A stretch of 62,498 bases of DNA, filler included, from Choristocarpus tenellus KU-1152 (taxonomy: Eukaryota; Protista; Phaeophyceae), in the NCBI GenBank assembly GCA_964200185.2. It is 13 parts of 13 records of this genome, joined end to end, with 100 filler letters (N's around TTAATTAATTAA, not from the genome) between each part and the next. Parts side by side here need not be neighbours in the genome. Positions count along the whole stretch, not along the records: positions 38,769 to 41,811 come from CAXNAD020022741.1; positions 41,912 to 46,041 come from CAXNAD020016066.1; positions 46,142 to 49,836 come from CAXNAD020018457.1; positions 49,937 to 54,265 come from CAXNAD020015095.1; 9 more parts are not named here. The stretch is one strand, 5' to 3'. The notes beneath the pieces were generated by a model. It ran no database searches. It was given only the letters and a program-made list of their open reading frames with translations, and was not told the origin of the DNA. Shown here one piece after another: positions 39,196 through 52,585 of the stretch; positions within the stretch are counted from its first letter, which is position 1; every line of letters begins with the position of its first letter. A program made the position numbers and the translations under genes.

Positions 39196-39481
39196 AAACG
39201 TAAAGCAACCAACCAGTCAAAGCCTGTGGTGGTTTCAATCTTGATTCGAAACTCTATTTGAATTGTCCTTCAGTGAAACGAATCGCTACTCCCTTACGGT
39301 TGAGAGAACGCCTACTGACAACCCATAATACAAAAAAATAAAAAATAAGCATCCCAATACCTCCTCTCTTTTAAAAAAACAAACAAAACAAAACAAAACA
39401 AAAACAAAAACAACACTTCATTAACACGACTGCATTCGCTCTACTGCACTATACACTACAAAAATAAACAACGACGGCAAG

Positions 39482-40076
39482 GTACTGGCCTTTGTCACCC
39501 GCAGAAAAGGGCTGCTTAAGTCCTGCCTAGCCCACCTCCACCGCCTGTCCAAGGTCAAGGAAAAGGAGACCCTTCGCCGCTTGAAAGGTGCCAAGCGGAA
39601 ACGTGATGCGCTCAAGCGGGCAAGGGCCAAGGCCAAGAGAAATGAAAGGAAAGAGCAGAAAAGGATGGAAGAGGTCAGGGTCAGCTCTGGGGTCGGCTCT
39701 GAGGCGAAGGCTGGGGTGGAGGCAAGGTCGGGGAACACTGTCGCCAAGCGCAAGAGAAAGGAGAGTGTGAGTCAGGTTGGCTTGAAAAAACAGAAGCGGA
39801 TGACCAAGAGAACAGTAGCCAGCAGCGTGGAATCAGTTGGGGGGGCGGGTGCTGGTACCAGCACTGGTGGTGGTGGTGGTGGTGGTGTTCGAAGGAAAAG
39901 GAACGTTTTGTCGTTGGAAGAAGACTTTGAAGGGGAAAGAGAACTGGGGATGTTCACCGGTGAGGGGGGGGAAGAAGAGTGCGGCAGAGGGGATGGTAGT
40001 AATGTCAGGAGTAGCGATGATGATGATGATGATGATGGAAGGTGCAGCAGTGATGAGGAAGAGAGCAGCAGTGACA

Positions 40077-40107
<31 letters not shown>

Positions 40108-40170
40108 GGAGGAGGAGGAGGTGATCATAACGTCACAGCAAGAGCGTGTGGAGATGCTGCACGGGCTACG
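39482..40170 (+). CDS. Probable internal exon of an unknown protein with K/R-rich and D/E-rich tracts
   Basis: Long open frame VLAFVTRRKGLLKSC...KRKRDALKRARAKAK...DDDDEEEE...QERVEMLHGL ending at donor G|GTGAGA (40171). The start is approximate. Confidence 0.5.
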
Positions 40171-40199
40171 GTGAGACCTTGTTGTCCTGTGTCTGAACC

Positions 40200-40436
40200 A
40201 GTACCATTGTAGTACTAATGTAGTACTAATGTGGTACTGATGTAGTATGAATGTGGTACTAATGTAGTACCATAGTAGTACTAATGTAGTACCACTATAG
40301 CACTAATGTAGTACCAATGTAGTACAATTGTAGTACTAATGTAGTACCATTATAGTACTAATGTGGTACCATTGTAGTACTAATGTGGTACCATTGTAGT
40401 ACTAATGTGGTACCATTGTGGTACTGATGTGGTACC
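40200..40436. repeat. Minisatellite of ~11-bp units TGT(A/G)GTAC(TAA/CAT)
   Basis: About 21 degenerate tandem copies with an alternating 22-bp higher-order unit (GTACCATTGTAGTACTAATGTG). Confidence 0.9.
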
Positions 40437-41557
40437 TCATCATGAACATGTACAGTATTCACATGAAGTGCACAGTCGGATGCGGGGGGAGGGGGGTAGG
40501 AGGAGGGGGGGAGAGATAGCCAGAGGTGAGATGTGTGCAAGGATCAGTGAGAGGTATATTGAGATGCACTAGAGCTGCCAATACAACAAACTGAAGGAGG
40601 CGTGTTCCCCTAAGCAAATAGGTCAGTTTTTTCGCCCACCTTGAAGACGTTATTTGATCGTCTTCTGTGGGGTATAATGATGTCAAGGGATAAAAAGGGT
40701 TTTGAATTATATGCACCCCAACACTGTTTCTTCTTCTTCTTCTTTGTGTGTGTGTGTGTTTTTTCTTTTTTCTTTTTTGTTTATTCTCGGTCACTCAAAA
40801 AAAATAAATAGTCGTGTGTGTATGTATATATGTATGTGTTCGTGTATGTATGTACGTATATATGTATGTACATATGGGGGGGAAATCTTTGAGGAGGTGG
40901 CTGAAGTTGTATACACTATTGCACATGTATATCCTCTAGCACAGGTCTTGATTGCATCCCTCCTGCCCCACCCACAAACCACACAGTAATAATATCTTTC
41001 GCGGTGCATTCTAAACTTAAATTATGACGTTGATAATGCTATTATATGATAACAGTTTTAGTAGTAATAAGACGGGTAACACTAAAATAACAAACCTAAA
41101 TTTTATATACTTCAGAATTAAGGCACATCTGTTTCTATTCTATTTTCTACGGCACTTAAACCCCCCCCCCACCCCCAAACAACACCCAAACAACACAAAC
41201 AAACAACAACACCACAATCTCCTCNNNNNNNNNNCCCTAAAAATCTCGCCAAAATCATACCCCCACCCAATCTTTTCTCTATTTATTTTGTTGTTTTTTG
41301 TTTTTCTGTGATGGTAACAGCAGCAGTTACTACACATACAAAAAAAAGTCAACAGACAATTTTTTCTCATCGGAACTTTACTTTCAGTCATTAAAAAAAT
41401 ATATATATCTTAAGCATCTATTGTATTATTAATAATAAGAAGAAGAACAGCACGATGGCACCTTGAAATAAAAAAACCAACTTGTCTTCCCCCCCCCCCT
41501 CCCACCCCAACACCTCCTCTAAAAAAATAAAGTGTTAGGGATTACAAGATGAGTTAC

Positions 41558-41740
41558 CTGTGGGAGTTTCTTAGTCAGAGGGACTGGTCGTACAGGATCG
41601 CTGGGAAGCTCGGGGGATGGGTGTACTGCAGGCCAGGTGTTCCAAGCGCAGAGGCGATAGAGGGCAGGGATATGTTTACGCAGGATGAGGTGGGCGAGAG
41701 TTGCCTCAGGGTGGTCATGCAGTGATAACCCAAGACTCCC
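41558..41740 (-). CDS. Possible exon of an unknown protein
   Basis: Protein-like frame HDHPEATLAHLILRKHIPALYRLCAWNTWPAVHPSPELPSDPVRPVPLTKKLPQ ending at donor CAG|GTAAC. Confidence 0.35.
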
Positions 41741-42579
41741 CCCCCCCCGCCTTTTTTTCCTCCCTTTGTTGTTTTTGCGTGTTACCAATTTTTATTTTTT
41801 CTTTTTTTTCCNNNNNNNNNNNNNNNNNNNNNNNNNNNNNNNNNNNNNNNNNNNNTTAATTAATTAANNNNNNNNNNNNNNNNNNNNNNNNNNNNNNNNN
41901 NNNNNNNNNNNCTGTTGTACGGGTTGTAATGCCGGACATTGAGGAGTAAGCAAGGAGACCAGGAGTGCAAGCTGCTTATTTTAAACATTCACGCATGCAT
42001 ATATATATATATATATATACGTACATGCATGTTGTTGGTCTTCATATATTATGTATGGCATTTCTCCTACCCCCTCCTCGAGGATGGCATGATAACGTTG
42101 GAACATTCTTGAGGATGAATTCCTTCACAATTGCACTATACTATTGTGGCATTCATTACTACAACTATAGAGTACAGTATAGGTACGCTCTGTGACATGA
42201 TTTTGGTCCTGGCTAAGCGTAATGTATGCAATTTAAAAGCATGCTCATGGATGTCCTGTACTGGTTCCATGAAGACTGACTACTGACCCGCATGCTGAGG
42301 ACTTGCTATGCTCGGAACGTGGAAAATTCCGAAGGTGGTGAACGCTTGTTCATTCTTCTATTGGTGATGTCTGCTGACCGAGGATCTTTTTAAGGGGGAG
42401 AAACATGGTGTATGACTCAGAGTCTGCATCGCTTCATTCATTGTTGATGATCAGGGAGTTGCACAAGGAGTGTCGGCACATATTGTGAATACTGTAAACA
42501 CGGCTCAACTGTATTACATTTCCCCTTAAGAAAGAGTGCTACAGAGCGCACATATGTGTGTGTATGATGACTTCGAAAG

Positions 42580-44256
42580 TCATGTGTCGTCCCCCTGCCC
42601 CCCCCCTAATATTCTTTCAGGTGCAGCACTCCCCCTTCTCTTTCCCTCATGGATCCTCGTGTCTGCCCGATGCATCTCGACTCCTTGTCTCCTGCCACTG
42701 TCCAATTCTGTCCTGTTCTCTTCTGCTGACCCTAGACTGCCTCTCACACCATTATGCTGTCCTACTATCAAACTTAACGCACCTCCAGTCCCATGGTCAC
42801 TTGGCCTCCTACCTTCAACAATGGTTATTGTCGACACTACAGAACTATCACCTTTACTGGAACAGTTCCCCCCGTTTAGAACCCCCTGGACCTCAACCCC
42901 TCTGACACTAGTGGTGCCCGAACTGCTGCAGCTGGTGGCCCCTTCTGCAAACAACAGTGCATCTGACAGTCGCTTAGCAGTCTTGGAATCAGCCCGCAAA
43001 TATTGTAACCGCGGTGACCTTGGAGTGCACAACTGCAACGATCCCCGACCTTGTTGCTCTTCTTGAGTGCCATCCCTATTTTCCGCTACACCCTCGACTC
43101 CCTTATGAAGGCCTGGGATCTCTGGTCGACTCCCTGTAGCTGAAGAATCTGCCAATGAGATACTTCTTCGTGAGCCTGAAGATGCAGCAACCCCTCCATT
43201 TGATCTCCACGTTTCCTCTGCTGGTCCTACATTGCTATCCATTGGTTCTTCTGTCTCTGTAGTGCTGTCCTCATGACAGCCCCCAACTTCTTGGCTGACT
43301 GCGGAGATGGTGGCTGGTTGATGTCCATCCGACAACCGTTTCCCTTCCCCACCCCTGCCATCTGAGTAGCCGCTCAGTCGCCGAAATGGGGGAGAGTGGG
43401 AACGTGGTGAGCGTGGCGATCTTGGCTGGGCTGTCACTTCCGCTGATCCTGACTGCCAACCTCCCTCTTCACCTCCCCTGGTATCTTTGTTTTCCTCTCC
43501 ACCCTCTTCCCTGCCCCGTGAACAACCAATGCTACTGCCACCACTACTCTGGGATCCTTCACTGTCATCACTGTGGTCCTTGCCATCGCTGTCTTCATCC
43601 TCATCATTTAGTTTTGGCGGCCTCATTGCCCACGACATGACACTTCGTGCCCCACTGTGCTGATGGGGTGAACCGAAGCGGCGTCCCGTGTTGCTGCTAG
43701 GTCCACCAAGACAGCAGCATGCTACTTGTCCACACCGTGTACAGGTGTTTGTGACAGAGGTTACTCCCCCACCGCCATCCTTTTCACTTCCTCGATGGGA
43801 TATTCCAGGCATATCAGCAACCGAACCCATATGTATTCCATCATCTGTTTTATCTCCATTTGCACCTTCAATAACCTCTGCTCCAGCTGCTATTCCAGCA
43901 CCTCCTCCATTCCCTGCCCCCATTCCTCCAACAGATAATGTTGTTACAGATACAATTCCAGCACCTCCCCCAGTGGCAGTCCCTGCAGTCACCTGCATTG
44001 TGGCCTCACCCCCAGTCACTCCACCATCAGCCCGTATCCATGCAGAGGTGTCAACTTCCTCGTTTGCTTTTTGGTGGGTATCCAGCACTTCCCCTCGGTT
44101 TGTTCCACCTGTTTCCCCTTGAGGTGGCAATGAGCTTTCCTCTCCATCTCCACTGCTGCCACAGCCCCCGCCACCTACGGGCCCCACCCCACAGCCCTCA
44201 TCCACGTTCAGGGGAATCTGTACCTCATCCCCCTGGTGCTCTTGAATGGTTTGCAT
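42580..44256 (-). CDS. Large terminal exon of an unknown, disordered Gly/Ser/Glu-rich protein
   Basis: 558-codon open frame preceded by acceptor ctttcactccataacag. No recognisable domain. Confidence 0.6.
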   Translation of the reverse strand: MQTIQEHQGDEVQIPLNVDEGCGVGPVGGGGCGSSGDGEESSLPPQGETGGTNRGEVLDTHQKANEEVDTSAWIRADGGVTGGEATMQVTAGTATGGGAGIVSVTTLSVGGMGAGNGGGAGIAAGAEVIEGANGDKTDDGIHMGSVADMPGISHRGSEKDGGGGVTSVTNTCTRCGQVACCCLGGPSSNTGRRFGSPHQHSGARSVMSWAMRPPKLNDEDEDSDGKDHSDDSEGSQSSGGSSIGCSRGREEGGEENKDTRGGEEGGWQSGSAEVTAQPRSPRSPRSHSPPFRRLSGYSDGRGGEGKRLSDGHQPATISAVSQEVGGCHEDSTTETEEPMDSNVGPAEETWRSNGGVAASSGSRRSISLADSSATGSRPEIPGLHKGVEGVAENRDGTQEEQQGRGSLQLCTPRSPRLQYLRADSKTAKRLSDALLFAEGATSCSSSGTTSVRGVEVQGVLNGGNCSSKGDSSVVSTITIVEGRRPSDHGTGGALSLIVGQHNGVRGSLGSAEENRTELDSGRRQGVEMHRADTRIHEGKRRGSAAPERILGGGQGDDT

Positions 44257-45328
44257 CTGTTATGGAGTGAAAGTTTTCAACATGAAGCTTGATAGATCCT
44301 AACTTTTCGATGTGTGCATGGCGTGCAATGGACGTAACCAGGCAGATAGTTAATAAACCCTGATAGTCTGTTCTAGACCAGGCCTTCAGGTACTCCTGGA
44401 TGTTTGTGGCACCTGCATATCATAAATGAGTTGTATTTCATCCGAATGTTCCAGTCTTTTTGGAGGCTAGTGGGTAGCGGCTCAGAAACAGGGAAGAGAA
44501 AAAAATCCCCAAATAAGAGGTGGGTGCATGCAAGGAATTGCAGGCAATGCCCAACATGGGATCAGATAAGCAAAAGTTCTCCTCTCATTCCATTTTAAAG
44601 GCACTACGGTTCAAAAACGGACGCCGGCACCCCCCCCCCCCAGATACTTTGACCCTACGCTTGGAATTACTCGTGAATGTATCCACAATCAATGTGAAGA
44701 GAAAATTCTCCCCACGTAGGTCAGCTCAACCGTTTCACCCAACACATGGGAGGGCACGACACTGAGCAGCTAGCAATTTCCCTCATTTGTCAGCCTATCG
44801 TAATTGGGTGTCAAATTCACGTAATATATATATATATATATATATTTGTAGTGAAAAAGTAGTCACTGTACAAAATGACAAAGTGTCATGTTGAGTACTC
44901 TAAGCACAGGCATAATAAATGGCCATAAAGTATCAAGAGGATAACTCCACTGAGAAAGGCAGGGGAGGGGAAAAAACCTGAACGCCGCCTCAGACCTCCC
45001 CTCCTCAACCTGCAGTTCAAACTTCTACCTGGATTTCGAGGTCCCTTATGTCTTGCCTCCTTAGTCGCTCAGCCATGTTCATTGGTCGGTAGTTCTTCAC
45101 AAAGGAGCTCGTGTAGCGCCGAATGGGCTGGGACAAGAGAACCTAAATGAATACACCAGATATTGGCAGGAGTGAGCTAGAGATTGAGATGAGATGTTTG
45201 TGTGTGCCTGTGCTTGTTTCTGTGTGTGTATATTAGTACTTGCTTGCTTTGCATTGGTCATATATATAAATATTAGAAGTCCACCACTATGTCCATGGAC
45301 ATACACAAGGAGTAAAGTTGTTCTTCAT

Positions 45329-45585
45329 GAGCCAAAGTATCTTAGAGGGTAGAGCCACGTCCATTTGGGGGCCACAATCCAATGTTGCGATCTTGATGTA
45401 ATTTTGGCTATGGTGTTTGTTAGGAAGTGTCAATATCCTTGTTCCAGATATACCAATTCATAAAGTATACATTTTACCTACTCCGAAATATTTTTGAGTC
45501 GGAAAATGTCAGAAAAAAAATGCATGGGAAGTCAAGGCCCAAACAGACAAACAGGGCAAAACTCGTGCCCTCTAAGATACAGTCC
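45329..45585. mobile_element. Divergent ~250-bp MITE related to the CAAAGTATCT family
   Basis: GAGCCAAAGTATCTTAGAGGG...GTCCATTTGGG at the left end and the inverted CCCTCTAAGATAC at 45568-45580. Confidence 0.6.
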
Positions 45586-45956
45586 CTCTCAACACAGGAA
45601 TAGGACCCAAGTGCATCCTCTCATCCACTGTAAGAGCCAAACCAACTAAGAGGTAGGCAGGTTTGAACTATTTTGCATTCTAAGCCATATTTTTTTACTC
45701 TGTGTAATACCCTCATTTTCATTGCATTATGTGCACAGTAGCATACACAAAATTGATATTCCCCCTTTACATGCTCAAAATGACACCACAATAAAACATA
45801 GACTCCGCAATAGTAAAACATGGCGCCTTTCCCCCTATTCTCAGGCACCATAAAATGCAGCCCTGCATACCTCTCAATTGGTTTGCCTCTATATGTAATA
45901 TCATTCTGCGAGAATGAGATCTGTAGGGGTTTGGGGTCGTATTGTACATACACCAT

Positions 45957-46041
45957 TATGCAAAAGAGAACTACTCAAGTAGAGTATTTTGCTTTGTGTG
46001 GTATGGATATGTTTATTAGCGGAGTGAGCACAGCCCTCGGT
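45957..46041 (-). repeat. Partial family A LTR at contig end
   Basis: TATGCAAAAGAGAAC...GCTTTGTGTGGTATG...TTAGCGGAGTGAGCAC matches 10246-10325. Confidence 0.8.
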
Positions 46042-48357
46042 NNNNNNNNNNNNNNNNNNNNNNNNNNNNNNNNNNNNNNNNNNNNTTAATTAATTAANNN
46101 NNNNNNNNNNNNNNNNNNNNNNNNNNNNNNNNNNNNNNNNNTTTTTTTCTTTTTGTACTATTTAGAGCCACACCCTCCCCATCCCCCAGCCCCTCCCCGG
46201 CTGGGCGGGCGGTGGGGGGGGGAAGGTTTCAGGAGAAGTGCATCTTGCTTGGTCAATGTGACAGTGAGGGTTATGTGTTGGGTTTTGCCAGGTAGACGGG
46301 AGGTGGTTGGGCAAAAGCCAGCAACTGCACTATGGTATGATGATGTTGTGATTGTTTTTCGTTTTCAAGGTGTAATGAAGGTGTAATGTAATCTATACCG
46401 ACAGAAATTTCCTTCACGTCATTTCAGGCTGCCAACTAGACTGGCTCTACATATTGGATGCTGGTTGCAATATTGGCTTGGCATTAGTGTGAAATGTGTT
46501 GTGTTCTATGCTAAGTGCAAGGCGAAGCTTTGAAAGTAACGGTACGTTGTGGATGGTGGAGGGTGGCCATAGACTGACTACTTCCTCCTGTGCTTGCCTC
46601 AACATTTAATCCCTTGTTAGATCGAGGGATGAGAGCCTTGTGTACAAAATTGCTCATGATTTTCCAACACAATACTAGTGGCCTTCACATGCTTTGCCTA
46701 TTATCCGGTATCCTTGCGTGCTCTAATTTCTCCTCCCTTTGCCACAGAGTGTTAACTATGATGGGAATGTGCCATCCCTTTCAATACACCGATGCTGCAC
46801 GTGCTCTGCCAGACCTGTTTGTCCTTCATTTATATTTATTTATTAAATTTCATCTCAAGCTTCGGTGTTTGTATTGCAACGATAGTCCTTGCAGTTTCTG
46901 TTGCTGAAGCTCAACCGTGCCAATTGTATTGTTTAATTTTAGTCATAGTTCCCGCGTACGATCTATTCCCATCGATGAAACAACCAGAAAAACATATAAA
47001 GAGTGCATACTCAGGAGTACATGCATTCCAGCTGTGCACAGTTGCGCTCTTATCTCCACCTCCACTACCAACTCCCTCTCTTCCGCCAACCCCACACGGA
47101 ACCATCCCCATGTGAAACTGACGAAAAACGTTCTGTAATCTTGTTGACATTATAACCAATCCTCACAACATCCCTGTTTGTGCCTGCTTTGACCCCCCAC
47201 CTGCTTCTCCCCAACAGCCACCTGTGCTTCCACTCCAGTATGCTGGGTTTCACCTCCCAGAAAGTCCTGCCCATGTTTACCGTTCAGTCAGTGTCACGAT
47301 CTGTGCCTGCTATTGTGGGGATTGAATCCCTTAATGTGGTGGATCAGGGGGGGGTCTCTTATGCCTTTGCAATCACATCTGTTGACAGTGGACTCGCCAA
47401 ACGCCTCCACGATCTCTTACAACAAGTTCTTGGGATGTTCAAGGTTGTATGAGTAAAGAGAGTGGGGGGCTAGGTTGATATATTTTCTGTCAATAGAAAT
47501 GTAGGTATTTTGAAAAATTTATATATTTTTCCTGAAACATCCAAAGTTTTTAAACTCCAGAATTCAATACAATTTTCAATTAACAAGTTTAAAATTAAAT
47601 TTTCGAGCATTTATGTTACATACATTTAATGCTTATGGTATAGAAATATGCCGGGGTGGAGCATGACCTGTGAGGAAGGGATAGAGGTAGCTGTTGTGGA
47701 GTGTGGGGTGGGGGCAAACAAGGTTGGGCACCACGGAAAGGGAGGGAATGGAAGGGGGAAGTGGAGACAATCGCTTGTCTGTCTATGTTCATGTGTGTCT
47801 TAGTAGTTTAAGTGAATTGCATTTCTGCTAGGATTTTTATGGATAGGGAGTGAAGTTTCAGTGGTAGTTGTGATTTGTTGCAATGAAAGACTCCAGGTTG
47901 CAATCGCATAAGCTGTGTCCGTGATCTCCAGCAGGATGGGGTTGTGTCAAAGAGTGGTGCTTCTGCTTTGACTGTTGACTGGCCAGAAGAGTGGAGAGGT
48001 AGTTTCTGTGTTGGTTATTGTGGGAGTGCCCAAAACATTGTCCGAGATCATCACAAGTATGCCCACTATCGTGACATGGAAGCACCTCTGAACCCTGACT
48101 GATACCTGACGAGCTTATGTACAATCTATTGCTCCCTCTGTCCTCAATGCATCTGGAGGGACCGACCATCCATGCCCCAACAGAAATGAGTTGGGATTGC
48201 TCCGCATGGGACGTCTTGGCTGTTTCACCTCACCACGACCCCCTATTCCATCTACACAGAAAGCCTCAGACGTGTCCTTCCACCCACCCTTCTCTTCATT
48301 TCCAACGCAACCCCTACACTGAACCTTTTTTTTTGTAAATGCTGCCGTGCTCAGCAG

Positions 48358-48882
48358 GCTGATGCTGTGGGCAAAGGTCAGCGCTGCCGAAATGTGAACG
48401 GTGATGATGAGAGGGATGAACCCGACGAAATGCAAATCCTTGCGAGGATACAACGTCAGGCTCGGGCAAAGCATCTCCGAGACATGAGATCAACTGCTCC
48501 TGATCCGTATATCCCTTCAATGGCCAGGCCTCCGCCCTCCCCTTCCCCCTCTATCCTCCCTGAGCCCGCACTGCCCCACACTCCATGTACATTAGCACCC
48601 TTGCCATCTCCATCCACCAGCAGTAAGGGGGGTAGCAGTAACGGTGGGAATAATGGTGGGGGGGAGGAAGGAGATGGGGTTAGGGAGAGGGCGATTGTGT
48701 CAGAGCCAGAGATTGCACACTCTGGTGCTGCAGCAGGGGGCAGGGATGGTGGAGTAGGGAGGGTATTGGAAGGGGACAGGAGGGGTGGAATAGGGTTGAG
48801 GGAGGGTAGGTCTACGGCTCCTCGTTCCTCGATGGCCATGGGGATTCAGGCGTTCCTTGAGCAGTCACAGAGAAAATCTTGA
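48358..48882 (+). CDS. Probable terminal exon of an unknown Pro/Gly-rich protein
   Basis: T-tract plus tcagcag acceptor; frame DEMQILARIQRQARAKHLRDMR...MGIQAFLEQSQRKS*. Confidence 0.45.
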   Translation, partial: ADAVGKGQRCRNVNGDDERDEPDEMQILARIQRQARAKHLRDMRSTAPDPYIPSMARPPPSPSPSILPEPALPHTPCTLAPLPSPSTSSKGGSSNGGNNGGGEEGDGVRERAIVSEPEIAHSGAAAGGRDGGVGRVLEGDRRGGIGLREGRSTAPRSSMAMGIQAFLEQSQRKS

Positions 48883-50190
48883 TGGTAGGGAAGTTACTCC
48901 CAAGTAGGCAAGTACATGGTATCAATCATTTACCAGCACTGCATGATGTTCGTTTTTTACAATGTGTAAATAGGTGTGAAGGGAGGGTGCACCGTGTTTG
49001 CATTGTCTGTTGTTGATGTGCTTGTTTTTGTTTATTTGACAATGTATGAAGGGTTGAGACGAACATGTGGTACATGAGAAGATTGAGGGGTAGGGTAAAT
49101 GATTCTCAAAATCATCCTGTACGCAAACAATAATGGCATCCTTGAGGGGAGCTAGTTCAGGAGACCTCTCTGCATTCCTCGACCTGTCTCACAACACCTT
49201 AGATGTACTCAGTACCTGGATGTCCATCCATACCCCAGTTATGACCACCGACAGATTGGGGTTTGCCCTCTCATCAATCGGTTATTCTCACATAGGATGT
49301 TCTCACATAGAATATCTACCGACCCTGCAGTAATTTTGTGTCCTGCCTTGCATTATTCTTGCTCTTCACCCATGGGTATTCCTAACAACAGCACACTCGC
49401 AATTAAAGCCTGGAGAAAATTTTATCTTTAATTGGTGTGGACTGGTCAAGCAAAAACGATGTTCACCTTCCAAAGCCAGCTATGAATTAATGCTAGTGGG
49501 TATGTCGTGGCTTGTGCTTGTCTTCAGCAAATGTTTGGGCGAGTGGTCTATATTTATAGCTTGAATAACTTCGAAGGAGCGCTGCAATTGAAGTGGTGGG
49601 TCTGAAGGCAATATGTAGCACTACCAATATTACTATAATAAATGCAATGGTGTGAATCATGTGATTTTGTGGCGGTGTGGTTCACTCAGGGAAGGGTGGT
49701 GAAGAGAATCACCGGGCGAGACGGACCACACGAACAAGGACGAACCATGACCGAGGGTACGAGGTTAAGGTTGACCAAGCGTAAGCTTAGGAGTGATGAG
49801 CAACATCAAAGATGAGGCTTCATCATCAGTCAAGACNNNNNNNNNNNNNNNNNNNNNNNNNNNNNNNNNNNNNNNNNNNNTTAATTAATTAANNNNNNNN
49901 NNNNNNNNNNNNNNNNNNNNNNNNNNNNNNNNNNNNGGGCAGGGAAAGAGGGGTCCCCTTTCTTTCCTATTGAACCCCTGCAATGATAAATAATCTACTG
50001 AAATAATCATTTTAGGATAGGGGTGAGTTAAGTTAAGAGTAGAACTTGGGAGATTAGGCTAGTCAGGCAGGTGGGGACAGAAGGGGGGGAGGAGGTTAAG
50101 GGGAGGATTCTGACAGGTGCTGTACAATATTGTACAGTTGATGAAAAATCATCCCCAAATGTCTCTTGGTTGCTTTTATCGATCCCAAAG

Positions 50191-52585
50191 GTGTTCTTTG
50201 ACATGGAAGTGGATGGGAAACCAGAGGGGCGTATCACCATGCAACTCCGCTCGGATATTGTCCCCAAGACAGCTGAGAATTTCCGCCAGGTGGGGAATTG
50301 AGGCTTGGTCTTTCTGTGCTCTCTAATGATATTGCCTTGGTTGGGGGTGGGACAATGTAATGTACTTTTGGGAAATGATTTCTTGTAGGACTATGTGAAA
50401 CATGTAACTTTAATGCTTTCTTTTCCCCTTTCATTGCTTGCTAGCAGCAGCCTTAACAATGTCTTCGTGTTGATGCTCCAGGTGTTCCAGAAAGCACAAG
50501 CAGGCTGAGGCCTTGATTGATTTTTTGCTAGCATTAGTAGTTAGCTTTGATGTGGGAAGGATTGTGTGCTAGAGGGTTTATAAGTTTGTAGGTGTTTCTC
50601 TCTCTCTCTCTCTCTCTCTCTACGTGTAAAATATTGTGCTCGAGGGCTGTGCATTAAGGAGCCAAGTACCTGAGGAAGGGAGGATAGGGAAACAGATATC
50701 GTTGAATGTAGCGATAATAGGAAAAAAGTATGGCATCTGGACTTGGTTCCTTGTAGGTGAAGTATCAATGGAGACCTTGGTTTTATTCATGGGTAGAAAG
50801 GGTTTTGTAGTGAATAGGTTTGTGAGTTTCTTTTGTTGAATCCACAATTTCTGTTTTGTTAAGATTTTCTGCTGTGGGTGGTTCAGTGGCAAGAGTTCGA
50901 TTCATCAGTCGTTTCTGTTGTGATCTCCATTAAATTTCATCCCTTGCATCTTCATGACATTTTATCGCAGTCAGAGTGCTCTTGCTATACCTTTCCACAC
51001 CTTGTGTCCTGTTGCAACTGCATAACTGTGGCCCCGTCAACATATTTCCAATATGTCCTCTTAACACTATGGCTACACTAGTACAGGGCTGAAAAAATCC
51101 AATTTTCACCTTGTGCAAACAGACTAGGGTACTCCCCCACCCCTAGAATATTCTTTACACTGACTTGTGCCCTCACCCCACAACGCCTTCCTCTCCTTCC
51201 CTTCCCTTTTGAATGATTATAAACATTCACCTAGCTGTGTACTGGAGAGGCACCTGATGGGAAGACCTACAAGGGCAGCATTTTTCATCGTGTAATCCCC
51301 AAGTTCATGTGTCAGGGGGGTGACTTCACCAACGGAGATGGTACCGGGGGGGAGTCCATCTATGGACCAAAGTTCGAGGATGAGAACTTCTTACTCAAAC
51401 ACAATGGGCCAGGGGTGCTGAGCATGGCAAACGCTGGGCCAGGGACCAATGGGAGTCAGTTTTTTATCTGTGTGGCGCCTGTAAGTGGTGGTGTGGCCTG
51501 AGATTTATTGCAGTCTATTAGGGGGGATTCAGAGTGGGGTATATTGGAGGGATTGAGATGGAGTGAGTGGGGCCTTTGTTGCTATATGTAGGGGTTTGGG
51601 AGGTGAATGCTGGAGTGGAGCGATTGCCAAGACCTGGGGAAATTTGCAGGCTGATTACATGGGATGCTCACATAGGCAAGGAGGGTGCTGGGAAGCTCTT
51701 GAGACCTTTGCTTAATGATAGTGGTTGTGTGCAGAGAAAAGAAGGGTTGAACTGTTCCAGACATGCTCTTACAGTATGGAGAAACCTGGCTAAGCTCAGA
51801 TTGCTGAGAACCTCCGCTGTCATGATCAATAGTTTGCTTTATTCTGGTGGTGTATGATAATAAACTGAGTATGATGTGGTACTTGTTTGTATGGATGGTA
51901 CTTGACTAACTGCACTGTCACCCCTTGAAATATTTTTTTGATTTTTTTCTTGATGTGCAGACGCCATGGTTGGACGATAAACATGTTGTGTTTGGTGATG
52001 TCATCGACGGTGTTAGGACAGTCAAGAACATTGAGGGCCTCGGCACCAATGATGGAACCCCCAAGAAGAAGGTGTGTTGTTTTTAAAAGGATCTTGAGTT
52101 GAGGGTTAAGGTGAGGAGAGATGTAGTTGCAGACACAGGTCTGTCATTGGGTTTAGTATTACAAGTGGAGGTGGTTCTGGCATGTGAAAAGACTGGTCAA
52201 TAATGTTTTGTTTGCCTGTGGGTGTTTCATGATTACATCTAGTATGTTTTCTTATTTGGTGGGAGATGGCCTGTTGTTGCTACATTTTGGGAAACTGTTG
52301 GTACCTGTTAGCCACCTTCCCACTATTGGCATTGACCTTCAAGCTGGAGCATGGATTGAGGTCCAAGTGGAGTCCAGAGTTCGGATTAAAGCTGATATAG
52401 AGGGGGAACCTGCCCATTACCATGAATCCTGTCTGATAAGACTGTTGGTCATGCTTACACTTGTAAGTAGTTAGTGTATACAAAGTATAGTGGTGATCGT
52501 CAATGTCAATATTCTAACCATCTCTCTTTCACTGTATACTGTCTTGCTGGTCCAGATTGTCGTCGCCGACTGTGGTCAGCTCTGA
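50191..52585 (+). CDS. CYP: Cyclophilin-type peptidyl-prolyl cis-trans isomerase (exons 50191-50289, 51235-51480, 51961-52071, 52556-52585; start exon not identified)
   Basis: Spliced protein [33 protein letters not shown]|LCTGE...[41 protein letters not shown]...[18 protein letters not shown]|[12 protein letters not shown]...|IVVADCGQL*. All introns are phase 0 GT-AG. The catalytic Arg and the cyclosporin-binding Trp are present. Confidence 0.97.

Noticed and set aside
38934-39261. His/Thr- and Val/Cys-rich ORFs
   Set aside because: Translations of a CA-rich microsatellite.
50071-50190. In-frame N-terminal extension of the cyclophilin
   Set aside because: No ATG and a pyrimidine-rich acceptor just before VFFD; more likely intron, with the first exon off-contig (not certain).
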